Assembly: GCA_029863605.1 (NCBI GenBank)
Contig: JAOTVB010000007.1
Span: 51,080-115,079 of the forward strand
Source: Myxococcales bacterium
GTDB taxonomy: Bacteria; Myxococcota_A; Polyangia; Polyangiales; Houyiibacteriaceae
DNA length: 64,000 bases
Reading direction: 5' to 3'
Under the pieces are notes generated by a model. That model was not told the origin of the DNA. It was given only the letters and a program-made list of their open reading frames with translations, and did not search any database. The stretch's first letter is position 1. The number at the start of each line of letters is the position of its first letter. The translations under genes were made by a program, and so were the position numbers. This document shows, one piece after another, positions 1-9,838 of this stretch.

Positions 1-33
1 GAAGTCGCCTGGCGAGAGGCGTACACTTTGCGC

Positions 34-1713
34 ATGCCGGCTGCTCCTGCTGACCTGGACTCGATCGGCGCCATCGTTCTCTGCCTCGGCGGCCTCGGCT
101 TTTTCCTTCTCGGAATGGTCGTTCTCACCGAGGGCTTGCGAGCCCTCGCAGGCCATGCGCTCCGCCGCGTGCTCACCCGCTTCACCCGGAGCCCGCTGAG
201 CGGCGCCGTGACCGGCGCCATGACCACTGCGGTGGTTCAGTCGTCGAGCGCGACCACCGTTGCCGCCGTGGGTTTCGTGGGTGCTGGCTTGCTGACCTTC
301 CCGCAGGCATTTGGCATCGTCCTAGGCGCGAACGTCGGCACGACGATCACAGGCTGGTTCGTCGCCTTGCTGGGCTTCAAGCTGAGCCTTGGGACTGCCG
401 CATTACCGATCGTGTTGGTCGGCGTCCTCATGCGTCTCTTCACGCGGGGCCGTGCTTCCTCGGCAGGCTTTGCGCTCGCAGGCTTTGGCCTAATCTTCGT
501 GGGCATCTCGTTCTTGCAGGAAGGCATGGGGGGGCTCGTCGGCGTCATCACCCCGGAGAGCTTTCCGCCCGACACCTGGACCGGGCGGCTTTTTCTCTTT
601 CTCTTCGGGCTCGTATTCACGGTCGTTACGCAATCCTCGAGCGCAGGCGTGGCCCTGGCCTTAGCCACCGTCAACGCTTCCGCGATGACCGTTCAGCAAG
701 CTGCTGCTGCCGTGATCGGAATGAATGTCGGCACGACCGCCACCGCTGTCCTCGCCACCATCGGTGGGTCCGTGCATGCCCGGCGTACCGGCTATGCCCA
801 CGCGATGTTCAACGTGCTGACGGGGTTCGTGGCATTCGCAATCCTCGCGCCATTCATGCACGCTTTGGAATATTTCGCGCCGCAAGTGCTTGCCTCCGAG
901 CCGGAGTTGATCCTGGTCGGCTTTCATACCTTTTTCAACGTCCTCGGCGTGATGATCGCGCTGCCCTTCGCAAGCCAATTCGCGGGTCTCATGGTCCGGT
1001 TGGTACCTATGAAGCCCTTCCCTTTTGCTAGCAGCCTCGATTATTCTCTTCTGGATTCACCCGCCGCCGCCCTCGATGCGCTAGGAACCACGCTCGCGGA
1101 CCTCTCGGCCACCGCCTTTGAGATGACCCTGAGTTTGCTTTCCACCGCGGATACGCGCGGCATGCAGGCACGCCTGGCACATGTACGCGAAGCGTTGAGC
1201 GAGACCCGCGGTTACGTAGAGAGCATTCGCACCTCGACAGATGAGGGTTGGACCTACCAGCGACATCTTGCTGCGATGCACGTGATCGATCACCTCGACC
1301 GTTTGGCCGATCGCTGCGCCGATTCGGAGCGTTGGCCTCCGCTGAAACACGACCGACAGCTTGCGGCCATCGCCAGAAAGGTCGTCCCCGCGGCGGACGT
1401 GGTGCGCGAGGCGATCGTGCACGGGGAGCAATTGGTCGCTGAAGAAGACCTCGAGGCCACATGGCGATCGGTTCAAGACGAGGGCCATGACTACCGGGAG
1501 CGCGCGCTCGAGCAGGTTGCGGTGGGAGGCTTCGATACAGGCGAGGCTGCGGTGCGTCTCGACGCGGCACGGAGCGTGAGACGGGTCGCGTACCACATGT
1601 GGCGCATCGCGCACCACCTGAACCGCTGTCGCACAGACCGAGAGCCGCCCGAAATGCCAGAAGGCTCCGTGGTCCCCCCTCACGTCGAAGCAGAACCCCC
1701 CGACCCGAGCTGA
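34..1713 (+). CDS. Na/Pi cotransporter family protein (NptA-like)
   Basis: Two repeats of the QSSS motif (VVQSSSATT, VTQSSSAGV) with GANVGTT and GMNVGTT; multiple TM helices; helical C-terminal tail. ATG at 34 preferred over TTG at 28. Confidence 0.9.
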   Translation: MPAAPADLDSIGAIVLCLGGLGFFLLGMVVLTEGLRALAGHALRRVLTRFTRSPLSGAVTGAMTTAVVQSSSATTVAAVGFVGAGLLTFPQAFGIVLGANVGTTITGWFVALLGFKLSLGTAALPIVLVGVLMRLFTRGRASSAGFALAGFGLIFVGISFLQEGMGGLVGVITPESFPPDTWTGRLFLFLFGLVFTVVTQSSSAGVALALATVNASAMTVQQAAAAVIGMNVGTTATAVLATIGGSVHARRTGYAHAMFNVLTGFVAFAILAPFMHALEYFAPQVLASEPELILVGFHTFFNVLGVMIALPFASQFAGLMVRLVPMKPFPFASSLDYSLLDSPAAALDALGTTLADLSATAFEMTLSLLSTADTRGMQARLAHVREALSETRGYVESIRTSTDEGWTYQRHLAAMHVIDHLDRLADRCADSERWPPLKHDRQLAAIARKVVPAADVVREAIVHGEQLVAEEDLEATWRSVQDEGHDYRERALEQVAVGGFDTGEAAVRLDAARSVRRVAYHMWRIAHHLNRCRTDREPPEMPEGSVVPPHVEAEPPDPS

Positions 1714-1783
1714 CAACACCAAAGAGAGAGCAATCGGCCGGCCCTGGCAACGCACATTCTGCGTTCGTGCGCGTGCGGCGCGG

Positions 1784-1993
1784 CTAGGTCTTACGGCGAG
1801 CGCGTCTGAGCGCCGAGACGAGGATCCCGAGCGCCATTCCGAGACCCACCGCGACCAAGATCACCAGACTAGCCGGCGCTTCGAAGATCTGCATACCCAC
1901 CATGCTGACGCGGACCGTGTCCCAATTGGAAAGAACGAAAAGCAGGATGAAAATGACGAGAGTCCAGATACCGATCACACGCAACTGGCGCAT
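1784..1993 (-). CDS. LapA-family small membrane protein
   Basis: 69 aa with two TM segments, LFVLSNWDTVRV motif and a basic C-terminus. Confidence 0.65.
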   Translation of the reverse strand: MRQLRVIGIWTLVIFILLFVLSNWDTVRVSMVGMQIFEAPASLVILVAVGLGMALGILVSALRRARRKT

Positions 1994-2174
1994 TGCTCAT
2001 TCTCCAGCGGGTTCCGAACTTTTGGCCCCCAAGACTTGAGCCTACTTCATCCAAGGGGCATTTTCCTTCTTGTGCCTATAACATATCCCGCCCACAATGC
2101 CCGGCCTCGCGAACGGAACTGTTTCCGCCGTGCCGAAGATACTGTACTACTTCGGGCGAAAGGATTGGCTCTAG

Positions 2175-3548
2175 GTGGACGAAGCACATGCTCAGCTCGA
2201 CGCGATCGGGATTGCCTGGCGGCTGGGCGCGACGCTGTTCTTCGTTATGCTGAACGGCTTCTTCGTCGCAACCGAATTCGCTCTGGTGAAGGTGCGCATG
2301 ACCCGCATCGATACCTTGGCCAAGGGCGGAAGCCGTCGCGCAGGGGCCGTCAAGCACATCCTCAGCCATCTCGATCGCTATCTGTCTGCCTGTCAACTAG
2401 GCATTACCTTCGCTAGCCTGATCCTCGGCGCATTGGGCGAGCCAGCCGTCTCGGTGTTGATCATTGCGGGATTGCGCGCGCTCGGGATCGAGGTCGCGCC
2501 TGAGGCGACCTGGGTGCCTATCGTATCCATCGGTTTGGCCTTCACTGTGATCACGGTGCTGCACATGACGTTGGGTGAGCAGGCACCGAAGATGTGGGCG
2601 CTTCGTCGGGCGGAAACGACGGCGCTCCACACCGCGTTAACTCTCAGAGTGTTCACCTGGATCTTCGGGCCGTTCATCGCCGGGATCAACAGCATTTCCA
2701 ACTGGATGCTGCGGCTGGTGGGCCTCTCGGTGCATCATGGCGACGAAGTCACGCACACTTCCGAGGAGATCCGATCGATGCTCGCGCTTTCATGGGCAGC
2801 GGGACACATCTCGAAGCTCGAGCACGAGGTCACGGAGAACGTCTTTCGAATCATGGAGCTCGAGGTGCGGCACATCGTGCTTCCACGGGTTGATGTCGAA
2901 TACCTATCTCTCGGCCGACCGGACGAAGAGAACATGGCGGTCATTCGGGACAGTGGGCACAGCCGCCTACCACTGTGCGACATCAGCTTGGACACGATCA
3001 TCGGATTCGTCCACACGAAGGATGTGCTGCAGCAGGTTCTCGAGGGTAAGCCGCTCGACCTCAAGGCGTTGGCCAGAGACGCGGTCTTCGTACCCGATAC
3101 GATGTCGCTTTCCGACTTTCTCATCGAGCTGCAATCGGCCAAACAGCACTGCGCGGCAGTCGTCGATGAACGCGGTACCGTGATCGGCTTGGCATTCCGC
3201 GAAGACGCGCTCGAGGAAATCGTGGGACCGCTGGGTGACGAGTTCGACGAACACGAACGAGAGTTCGAAGAGGTGGAAGAAGGCGTCTACGAGGTCATGG
3301 GGCGCATGTCGGTCCCGGAAGCTTGCGGTAGGCTGGATTTCGAGCTGGGCGGCGAAGAGTACGAAGACGAGGACACGATCGGCGGCCATGTGACGGCGCG
3401 CTTGGGACGGTTGGCCAAGCCCGGTGATCAGGTGCTGGTCGGCCCTTACTTGGCGACCGTGCTGGAGGTGGGCCGGCGTCGTGTCCGACGGGTTCGCCTC
3501 GAGCGCGCGCCAAACGATGAAGAAGTCGGTGCCATCGTTGCACCTTGA
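2175..3548 (+). CDS. Hemolysin-family CNNM/CBS/CorC protein (Mg/Co transport-related)
   Basis: LNGFFVATEFALVK, CQLGITFASL and GEQAPK (CNNM/DUF21); CBS pair (HSRLPL, VDERG); C-terminal CorC/HlyC domain (DTIGG). Confidence 0.92.
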   Translation: MDEAHAQLDAIGIAWRLGATLFFVMLNGFFVATEFALVKVRMTRIDTLAKGGSRRAGAVKHILSHLDRYLSACQLGITFASLILGALGEPAVSVLIIAGLRALGIEVAPEATWVPIVSIGLAFTVITVLHMTLGEQAPKMWALRRAETTALHTALTLRVFTWIFGPFIAGINSISNWMLRLVGLSVHHGDEVTHTSEEIRSMLALSWAAGHISKLEHEVTENVFRIMELEVRHIVLPRVDVEYLSLGRPDEENMAVIRDSGHSRLPLCDISLDTIIGFVHTKDVLQQVLEGKPLDLKALARDAVFVPDTMSLSDFLIELQSAKQHCAAVVDERGTVIGLAFREDALEEIVGPLGDEFDEHEREFEEVEEGVYEVMGRMSVPEACGRLDFELGGEEYEDEDTIGGHVTARLGRLAKPGDQVLVGPYLATVLEVGRRRVRRVRLERAPNDEEVGAIVAP

Positions 3549-3592
3549 GCAGTAGAGGCGAAGATCCCGAGCCTCACTGTCCGACACGACTA

Positions 3593-5812
3593 CTACTCGC
3601 TCATCACGCGGCCAAAGAGCGCTTTGACGGTGTCGTGGTGCTTGAGGACCATGACCGGCTTGTCTGATAGACGCGCGATCTCTTCCGGGATGCTGCCGAA
3701 CAAGATACGCTTCGAAAAGCTCTGTCGAGCGGCGCCAAGGATGACACCGTCGTAATTCTTTAGCTCCTCGACGATCCCATCGGTCACCGAGCGGTTCTGG
3801 ATGATTTTGATGTCCACTTGCTCGAATTTCGTCGCCTCGACAATCCTACCTCGGGCCGCCTGAAGGCGTTCGTTTTCCGATTGGATCAGCTCCTCTTGAG
3901 CGTCCACGGGGACGACGGTGCACAGGGTCACGGTGCCATTCTGCGAACCGGCAATATTTGCCGCATAGTTTTCGGCTTGCTGCGCATGAACGCCGCCATG
4001 AGTCGGCAGCAGCAAACGTTTTGGCAAGGCCGCGTCGGTGAGCTTGACGAGCATGATGTCGGTCCGCGCATTGAGGACGACGGCATCCGTGATCTCCCCG
4101 AGAATGTGACGCGCCGTCGATGTGTGCCCTTTCCACCCGAGTACCATCAGATCACATTCGCGTTCTCGGCTGGTCTCGAGGATGGCACGGGCCGGGTTGT
4201 GACCAATGCGCACGAGTGACGTCATCGGCACGTCGTGTTTGCGTCCTCGTCGACGCGCCGCATCCAACATAGCGCGCTCGCGCTCGACGTAGAAGCTCTC
4301 GAGGCGCGGCGGAAGCTGCTCGGGCACCACTACGACGCGGAGAGCGATGAGGTGCCCGTTGCGGGCATGAGCGATTGCGGCGGCGATGTCGATCAATGAA
4401 TCGACGTTTGCAGGATGCGCAAGGGGGACCAAGATGCGGAAGTCCGCCTCTGCTGCGTCGGTTTGCTCGAGAGCGACCCGCGATGGCCGCCCAGGCAACG
4501 CTTCGACCTCGAGCTGCGCCCCCTTCCAGCCCATGAACCCCAAGAACCCGACCACCAACGCTCCGAGCGCCAAGAGAACCGGAGCAAGCTGCGGAACCTG
4601 AGAGAGCAGGTACAGATTCGCAAGAATGCCGAGCGCAGGAAGCGCGGGGACGAAGGGCACCCGGAAAGGGCGTTTGAGGTTTGGAAACTTGCGGCGGTGC
4701 TGAATGAGAGCCGCATTCACCAAGATGAGCGCGATCAGAAGCACGCAATCCGCAAAGTGGGCGAGCGCCTCGAGCGGAAGCAACATGGCAAACGTTGCGA
4801 TCCCCGCCCCAACGAGCAGCAGAGCGACGATGGGCGTGCGCGTGCGCGGGTTGATCGACCCGAACTCTTTGGGCAGATGGCCAAGCCTGCTCATCGAAAG
4901 CGCAACACGGGAACCCGCCAAGATGGACGCGTTCGATGCGGAGACCATGGAAAACAGCGCACCGCCCACGATCACCATCCCGCCGATGGATCCCAAGAAC
5001 TGTTGGGCAGCCGTGCCCATCGCCGATTCGGTGTATTCGCTGAGGTTTGCCGCGACGACGACGAGCACGACCAAGGTGTAGAGGACAGTCACGAAGCCCA
5101 TCGAGATGAAAATCGCGCGCGGAATCGTAGTGACTGGATTCCTTACTTCGCCCGCGGACGCAGCGATCGCCGAGAACCCGAAGAAAGTGATGAACACCAT
5201 TGCGGCCGTGCTTCCGATTTTCAGAAAATCCGTACTGAAGCGCTCGACGATCACGGTTGGATCGACGTGGAGCAGACCGCCGCCGACGAACCAGAGGAGC
5301 AGCACCACTTTGCCGATCGTGACGACCACCTGAAAGTTGCCACTCTCTTTGGTGCCTTTGATGTTGAGGAGGATCAGTACCCCGACGGTCATGAGACCAG
5401 GAAGAGCCTTTACACGCGAGTGCAGGATGAACTCGTTGAAGTAACTGGAAAAGCTCGCGATGTAGAAGCCGCATGACGCCGTGTAGCCGAGGAGCAAGCA
5501 CCACCCGACCATGTAGGCAATGAGCGCGGGAAAGGTGCGGCGCGCATATAGATATCCTTCGCCGGATTGTGGGTAGAGTGCGCTGAACTCGCAGTAGGTG
5601 AGCGCGGTGAAGGTGGCGACCAACGCGGCCAGCAAGAATGACGCGATGGCGGCCGAACCGACGTAACCCACGGCCAAGCCGGAGAGCGTGAAGATGCCGG
5701 CGGCGATCATCGTGCCGATGCCGATTGCGAGCACCGAGACCAGACCGAGGTCGCGGGTGAGCTCAGTTTCGATTACATGGTCGTTGGTTCCGACGTCAGG
5801 AAGCTCGCTCAT
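3593..5812 (-). CDS. APC-family amino acid permease fused to tandem universal stress protein (USP) domains
   Basis: IGIGTMIAAGIF and FFGFSAIA..AGEVRNP with ~12 TM; C-terminal ILVPLAHP, DLMVLGW and FGSIPEEIA USP motifs. Start moved to ATG 5812 (MSELPD) to avoid overlapping the divergent gene. Confidence 0.9.
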   Translation of the reverse strand: MSELPDVGTNDHVIETELTRDLGLVSVLAIGIGTMIAAGIFTLSGLAVGYVGSAAIASFLLAALVATFTALTYCEFSALYPQSGEGYLYARRTFPALIAYMVGWCLLLGYTASCGFYIASFSSYFNEFILHSRVKALPGLMTVGVLILLNIKGTKESGNFQVVVTIGKVVLLLWFVGGGLLHVDPTVIVERFSTDFLKIGSTAAMVFITFFGFSAIAASAGEVRNPVTTIPRAIFISMGFVTVLYTLVVLVVVAANLSEYTESAMGTAAQQFLGSIGGMVIVGGALFSMVSASNASILAGSRVALSMSRLGHLPKEFGSINPRTRTPIVALLLVGAGIATFAMLLPLEALAHFADCVLLIALILVNAALIQHRRKFPNLKRPFRVPFVPALPALGILANLYLLSQVPQLAPVLLALGALVVGFLGFMGWKGAQLEVEALPGRPSRVALEQTDAAEADFRILVPLAHPANVDSLIDIAAAIAHARNGHLIALRVVVVPEQLPPRLESFYVERERAMLDAARRRGRKHDVPMTSLVRIGHNPARAILETSRERECDLMVLGWKGHTSTARHILGEITDAVVLNARTDIMLVKLTDAALPKRLLLPTHGGVHAQQAENYAANIAGSQNGTVTLCTVVPVDAQEELIQSENERLQAARGRIVEATKFEQVDIKIIQNRSVTDGIVEELKNYDGVILGAARQSFSKRILFGSIPEEIARLSDKPVMVLKHHDTVKALFGRVMSE

Positions 5813-5967
5813 GCTCGCTGGAGGTTCGCACAGCAACACCCCTTTTTGGAATAGGGACTGCAGGATGATGGCAGCGCGCTTTTCATGTGCAGCGACCGAT
5901 CTGTTTGCGAAGGCCCCCAAAATCGGGGACAACAAGAGCCTGGCCTGCAGAAGACAGGGGAGGATAT

Positions 5968-7851
5968 ATGGCAGAGAGTCTAGAACGCGTGTGGACGCAG
6001 CTACTGGGTGAGGGCCAATTCGTAGCGGTTGCATCGCATAGTGGCCATCAGCTTCGCCCTGAGGTACGTGATCTGATGAAGCTCCCCGACGAAGAGCGTC
6101 TCCGCGAGGAGGATCCGTTTACGGAGGAGTGGGCCGTGATCGCGCCGACTCGATTCGTGGCGCGGCGCTCGCGCTTCGAAGTCGACCTCAATCGGGCACG
6201 GCACGAAGCGGTTTATCTTGGGCCGGACAATGCGTGGGGCCTCGATCTTTGGAAAGAGCCTCTCAGCCAGGATATCGTTGATCGGTCCCTTGCGGAGTAC
6301 GACGCGTATTACGCAGCACTGCGTGAGGTGCTTGTCGGCCTCGAGCGAGAATACGGCGCCTTCGTGGTCTTCGACCTACACAGCTACAACCATCGCCGAG
6401 AAGGCCCGGATGGCCCCGCAGCAGATCCGCAGAAGAACCCTGAGGTCAATGTTGGCACAGGCACGATGAAGCGTGACCGCTGGGCCCGCGTCGTCGACAC
6501 CTTCATCGACACGCTCTCCAATTACGACTTTCAAGGCCGACGGCTCGACGTCCGAGAGAATGTGAAGTTCGTTGGCCGGCAGCTGCCACAGTGGGTCCAC
6601 GAGAATTTCCCGGAGAGCGGGTGTGTTCTAGCGATCGAAGTGAAGAAATTCTTCATGGATGAGTGGTCCGGCGAGGTCAACCGTGAGGCGATGGACGAGG
6701 TCAAGAGGGCCCTAGCATCTACGGTTGAGCCAGTGCTGGCGGCCCTCAAGGCAACGAAGAAGGGGAAACGAAAGGCGAAGAAGGGCACCAGTGCGCTCCA
6801 CAGGGCCATGCGGATCGGTTTCGTCGTCAACGACGTGATGACCGAGGAGGCGGGATACACGACCACTCGTCTCGCCATGCGTGCCCGACAGATGGGCCAC
6901 GAGGTATCGGTCATGAGCGTCGGCGATCTGGCCTATGATAGCGACGAAAAGGTTCGCGCCAAGGGAAGGTCGGTACCAAAGCACATCTACAAAAATGGCG
7001 CCTCCTTTCTGAAGGACCTTCAAGGAAAGGCCGCCATCGAAGAGCGCGTGACCGTGGACGACCTGGACATTCTCTTGCTTCGTAACGACCCGTCGACCGA
7101 TGCGGTCGCGCGACCCTGGGCAGCCAACATCGGCATTCAGTTTGGCCGTGTAGCCATGCGTCATGGCGTGGTCGTTCTGAATGATCCCGAGGGGCTGGCC
7201 AAGGCGACGAGCAAGATGTACTTCCAGACCTTTCCCGCAGAGGTGCGTCCGATGACGGTCATTTCTCGAGACCGAGCCGACATCAAAGCCTTTGCAAAAG
7301 AGCGCGGAACGATCGTGCTCAAGCCTCTTCAAGGTTCAGGTGGACAAGGCGTCTTTCTCGTGCGCCCGGACGACGTACCCAACTTGAATCAAATGATCGA
7401 TTCTGTCTCGCGTGACGGTTTCATGATCGCCCAGGAGTACCTGCCAGACGCTGCACATGGCGATACCAGGTTGTTCGTCATGAATGGTGAGGCCCTTCGT
7501 CATCGAGGAAAGTACGCCGCTTTCCGTCGCATTCGTCAGGGTGGCGATATGCGGTCGAACATTCACGCTGGTGGGCGCTTGGCGCGCGCCGAGATCGGTC
7601 CCGAAGCGCTCGAGCTCGTCGAGATCGTGAGGCCAAAGCTGATGCGTGACGGAATGTTCCTGGTCGGCCTCGACATCGTTGGGAACAAGCTGATGGAGAT
7701 CAATGTCTTCAGCCCGGGTGGGCTCGGCAGCGCGCAGAAGTTCGAGGGCGTCAACTTCTCCGAAGCCGTCATGCGGGCCCTCGAGCGCAAGACCCGAGCG
7801 ATGGACTACTACCGACGCCAGTTCGACAACGTCGCAATGGCGATCATTTAA
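5968..7851 (+). CDS. gshB: Fusion of N-formylglutamate amidohydrolase-like domain and glutathione synthetase (GshB)-like ATP-grasp ligase
   Basis: N-terminal HSGH, REED, SRFEVDLNR, FDLHSYN and AIEVKK; Lys-rich linker; C-terminal LRNDP, VLKPLQGSGGQGV, QEYLP, RSNIHAGG and GLDIVGNKLMEINVFSPGG. RBS GGGGAGGA precedes ATG 5968. Substrate not established. Confidence 0.85.
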   Translation: MAESLERVWTQLLGEGQFVAVASHSGHQLRPEVRDLMKLPDEERLREEDPFTEEWAVIAPTRFVARRSRFEVDLNRARHEAVYLGPDNAWGLDLWKEPLSQDIVDRSLAEYDAYYAALREVLVGLEREYGAFVVFDLHSYNHRREGPDGPAADPQKNPEVNVGTGTMKRDRWARVVDTFIDTLSNYDFQGRRLDVRENVKFVGRQLPQWVHENFPESGCVLAIEVKKFFMDEWSGEVNREAMDEVKRALASTVEPVLAALKATKKGKRKAKKGTSALHRAMRIGFVVNDVMTEEAGYTTTRLAMRARQMGHEVSVMSVGDLAYDSDEKVRAKGRSVPKHIYKNGASFLKDLQGKAAIEERVTVDDLDILLLRNDPSTDAVARPWAANIGIQFGRVAMRHGVVVLNDPEGLAKATSKMYFQTFPAEVRPMTVISRDRADIKAFAKERGTIVLKPLQGSGGQGVFLVRPDDVPNLNQMIDSVSRDGFMIAQEYLPDAAHGDTRLFVMNGEALRHRGKYAAFRRIRQGGDMRSNIHAGGRLARAEIGPEALELVEIVRPKLMRDGMFLVGLDIVGNKLMEINVFSPGGLGSAQKFEGVNFSEAVMRALERKTRAMDYYRRQFDNVAMAII

Positions 7852-7855
7852 CGGC

Positions 7856-9838
7856 ATGGACCATAACGGATCGCGAGCGGCAAGCCCCAAGGGATCCGGC
7901 ACACGATCTGATCAAAAGGGCACGAGCTTGCCGACGAACGGCCTGACAACGACGACTGAAGCGATCGCTGACGCCATCCGACAACGGGTTGCGGAAGGCG
8001 CGCCAGTGCGGCGAAGGCTCCCCGGCCGCGGAAGGCTGCACGTCGACCGACCCCTTCCTTTCATCGCCGTCTATGTGGAGCCGGACGACCGATCAGACCC
8101 CGGCACCAACCAACTGGTGACCACCGAAGCTTCCTATCTCTACACCTCTGCAGCAAAAGGTGGCCGCAAGAGGGCCGCAACGCTGGTTCGTGTGCTGGCT
8201 GAGACGGTTCGTCCGAGCTTTGGCAACCAGTTCTTGATCGTCGCAGTATATTCTCGTCCGCCGGAGCATCCCCCAATCGTCGAAAGCTCGAAAGAGCATC
8301 CAGCTCCCGCGTTTCGATTGTTCAGCTCGGCGCCAGGCTACGACATCGACTCCATCATCGAGGTCCTAGAACGGCATCTAAGAGCGGTCGAAATCGGTGG
8401 ACGCCGCGCGGCCGTCGAAGTCGTTCAGAACACGGGCGAGTTTCCTCACCGAGATCGCCCACTTTGGAAGAATGCCGTATTGCGCGAGCTCGGTGGCGGA
8501 CAGATCACGATTGAAGTCGAGCCGATCTATCAAAAGGTCGGCGGGAACGACGTGTATCCGGCCGTCCTGAAGAGTCTCCGGCGACAACTCGGCCGGGCGC
8601 TCAAGCATGCGTTCTTTCACTTTGCCGAGCGCGACACGAGCCTTCACCCCAAAGACTTTCACTCTCTGGGACGCCGTGCAGTCGTCAAGGCAGTTTGGGA
8701 CGTCGACGCTCGACTCGATGAGGTCGCATCGGGCTTTGACCTGTTGCTCGAGGTCAATCCGATCAATACCGAGGCGGTGTGGAACGGTTTTCGCCGGAGC
8801 GGCTTCGAAAAGGTGCCCCCGTTTCGGTATCGCCCTCTTTCGATCGATCCCGTCCTAGCGAAGCGCAAGCTCTATTCGATTCCGCTGGAGAAAATTGAGG
8901 ACCCCACGATTTCCTTTTTGTTCAGCCAGAAGCAAGACGAGCTCGATCGACAACTGACGATGCTGCACGATCGTGGCACCCCGCGATTCTTGCTCGGAAG
9001 CATCCAGGTGTACGGGCGGGTTTCAAAGCAACTCTTGCGCTCCGCAGAAGAAATTCTCGAACAGATTTCGAGCACGACACGGACTCCGAGTGGGGGCGGC
9101 ACGATCCCGGTCGAGGAGTTCGCTGAGCGAGCTAGAAAAGAGATCGCTTACTACCGTCGTATCTGGGACGGCGTCGATGCAACCGTCGAGGTGATACGGG
9201 GCATGAGCTCGGGCCTGATGGTATCGAAAGGCCGCCTATTGATTCCTTCGCGGTCTAGGATTCCGGTGAACCGCGTCGACGCGCTGATTCAGCACGAGAT
9301 CGGAACACATTTGGTCACCTACTTCAATGGCAAGGCGCAGCGTTTCACCCAGCTCCGGAGCGGCTTCGCGGGGTACGAAGAGCTTCAAGAGGGAATCGCC
9401 GTGCTGGCCGAGTACCTCGCAGGTGGAATGACGCCTGCGAGGCTACGTACCCTCGCCGCACGCGTGGTTGGCGTTGACGCGGCGATCAAAGGGGCGTCGT
9501 TCGTCGATGTGTTTCGCCTGTTGTGTCGATACGGGTTTGCTCGACAGCAAGCGTTCAATGTCACAATCCGCATCTACCGCGGCGGCGGCCTCGTCAAAGA
9601 CTGCATCTACCTTCGAGGGCTCCTCACCGTCCTCGAGTATCTGCGCAACGGGGGTGAATTCGAGCCGCTCTTCGTCGGAAAGATCGCAGCCAAGCACATT
9701 CCGATCGTGCGCGAGCTCCAAAGCCGCAAAGTGCTCGAGGCGCCGAAGTTCTTGCCGCGCTTCGTCGGCAGGGAAGCGTGCCAAGAGCGTCTCCAACTGG
9801 TGCGCCAGGGGCTGAATGTATACGAGCTTCTCGATTAG
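7856..9838 (+). CDS. QEGLA-motif / DUF1704 metallopeptidase (flavohemoglobin expression-modulating family, MATCAP-like)
   Basis: QHEIGTH (HExxxH), LQEGIAVLAEY and RGGGLVKDCIYLRG; N-terminal LHVDRPLPF extension. ATG lies 4 nt after the upstream stop. Confidence 0.88.
   Translation: MDHNGSRAASPKGSGTRSDQKGTSLPTNGLTTTTEAIADAIRQRVAEGAPVRRRLPGRGRLHVDRPLPFIAVYVEPDDRSDPGTNQLVTTEASYLYTSAAKGGRKRAATLVRVLAETVRPSFGNQFLIVAVYSRPPEHPPIVESSKEHPAPAFRLFSSAPGYDIDSIIEVLERHLRAVEIGGRRAAVEVVQNTGEFPHRDRPLWKNAVLRELGGGQITIEVEPIYQKVGGNDVYPAVLKSLRRQLGRALKHAFFHFAERDTSLHPKDFHSLGRRAVVKAVWDVDARLDEVASGFDLLLEVNPINTEAVWNGFRRSGFEKVPPFRYRPLSIDPVLAKRKLYSIPLEKIEDPTISFLFSQKQDELDRQLTMLHDRGTPRFLLGSIQVYGRVSKQLLRSAEEILEQISSTTRTPSGGGTIPVEEFAERARKEIAYYRRIWDGVDATVEVIRGMSSGLMVSKGRLLIPSRSRIPVNRVDALIQHEIGTHLVTYFNGKAQRFTQLRSGFAGYEELQEGIAVLAEYLAGGMTPARLRTLAARVVGVDAAIKGASFVDVFRLLCRYGFARQQAFNVTIRIYRGGGLVKDCIYLRGLLTVLEYLRNGGEFEPLFVGKIAAKHIPIVRELQSRKVLEAPKFLPRFVGREACQERLQLVRQGLNVYELLD

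Noticed and set aside
4152-5504. Long shadow ORFs (450 aa here; others at 4415, 11338, 18696, 38906)
   Set aside because: Arg/Pro/Ser-rich off-frame or antisense translations expected in high-GC DNA, overlapping well-supported genes.
5813-6034. Apparent head-to-head overlap of the permease and the ligase fusion
   Set aside because: Disappears with starts at 5812 and 5968, the latter having a clear RBS.
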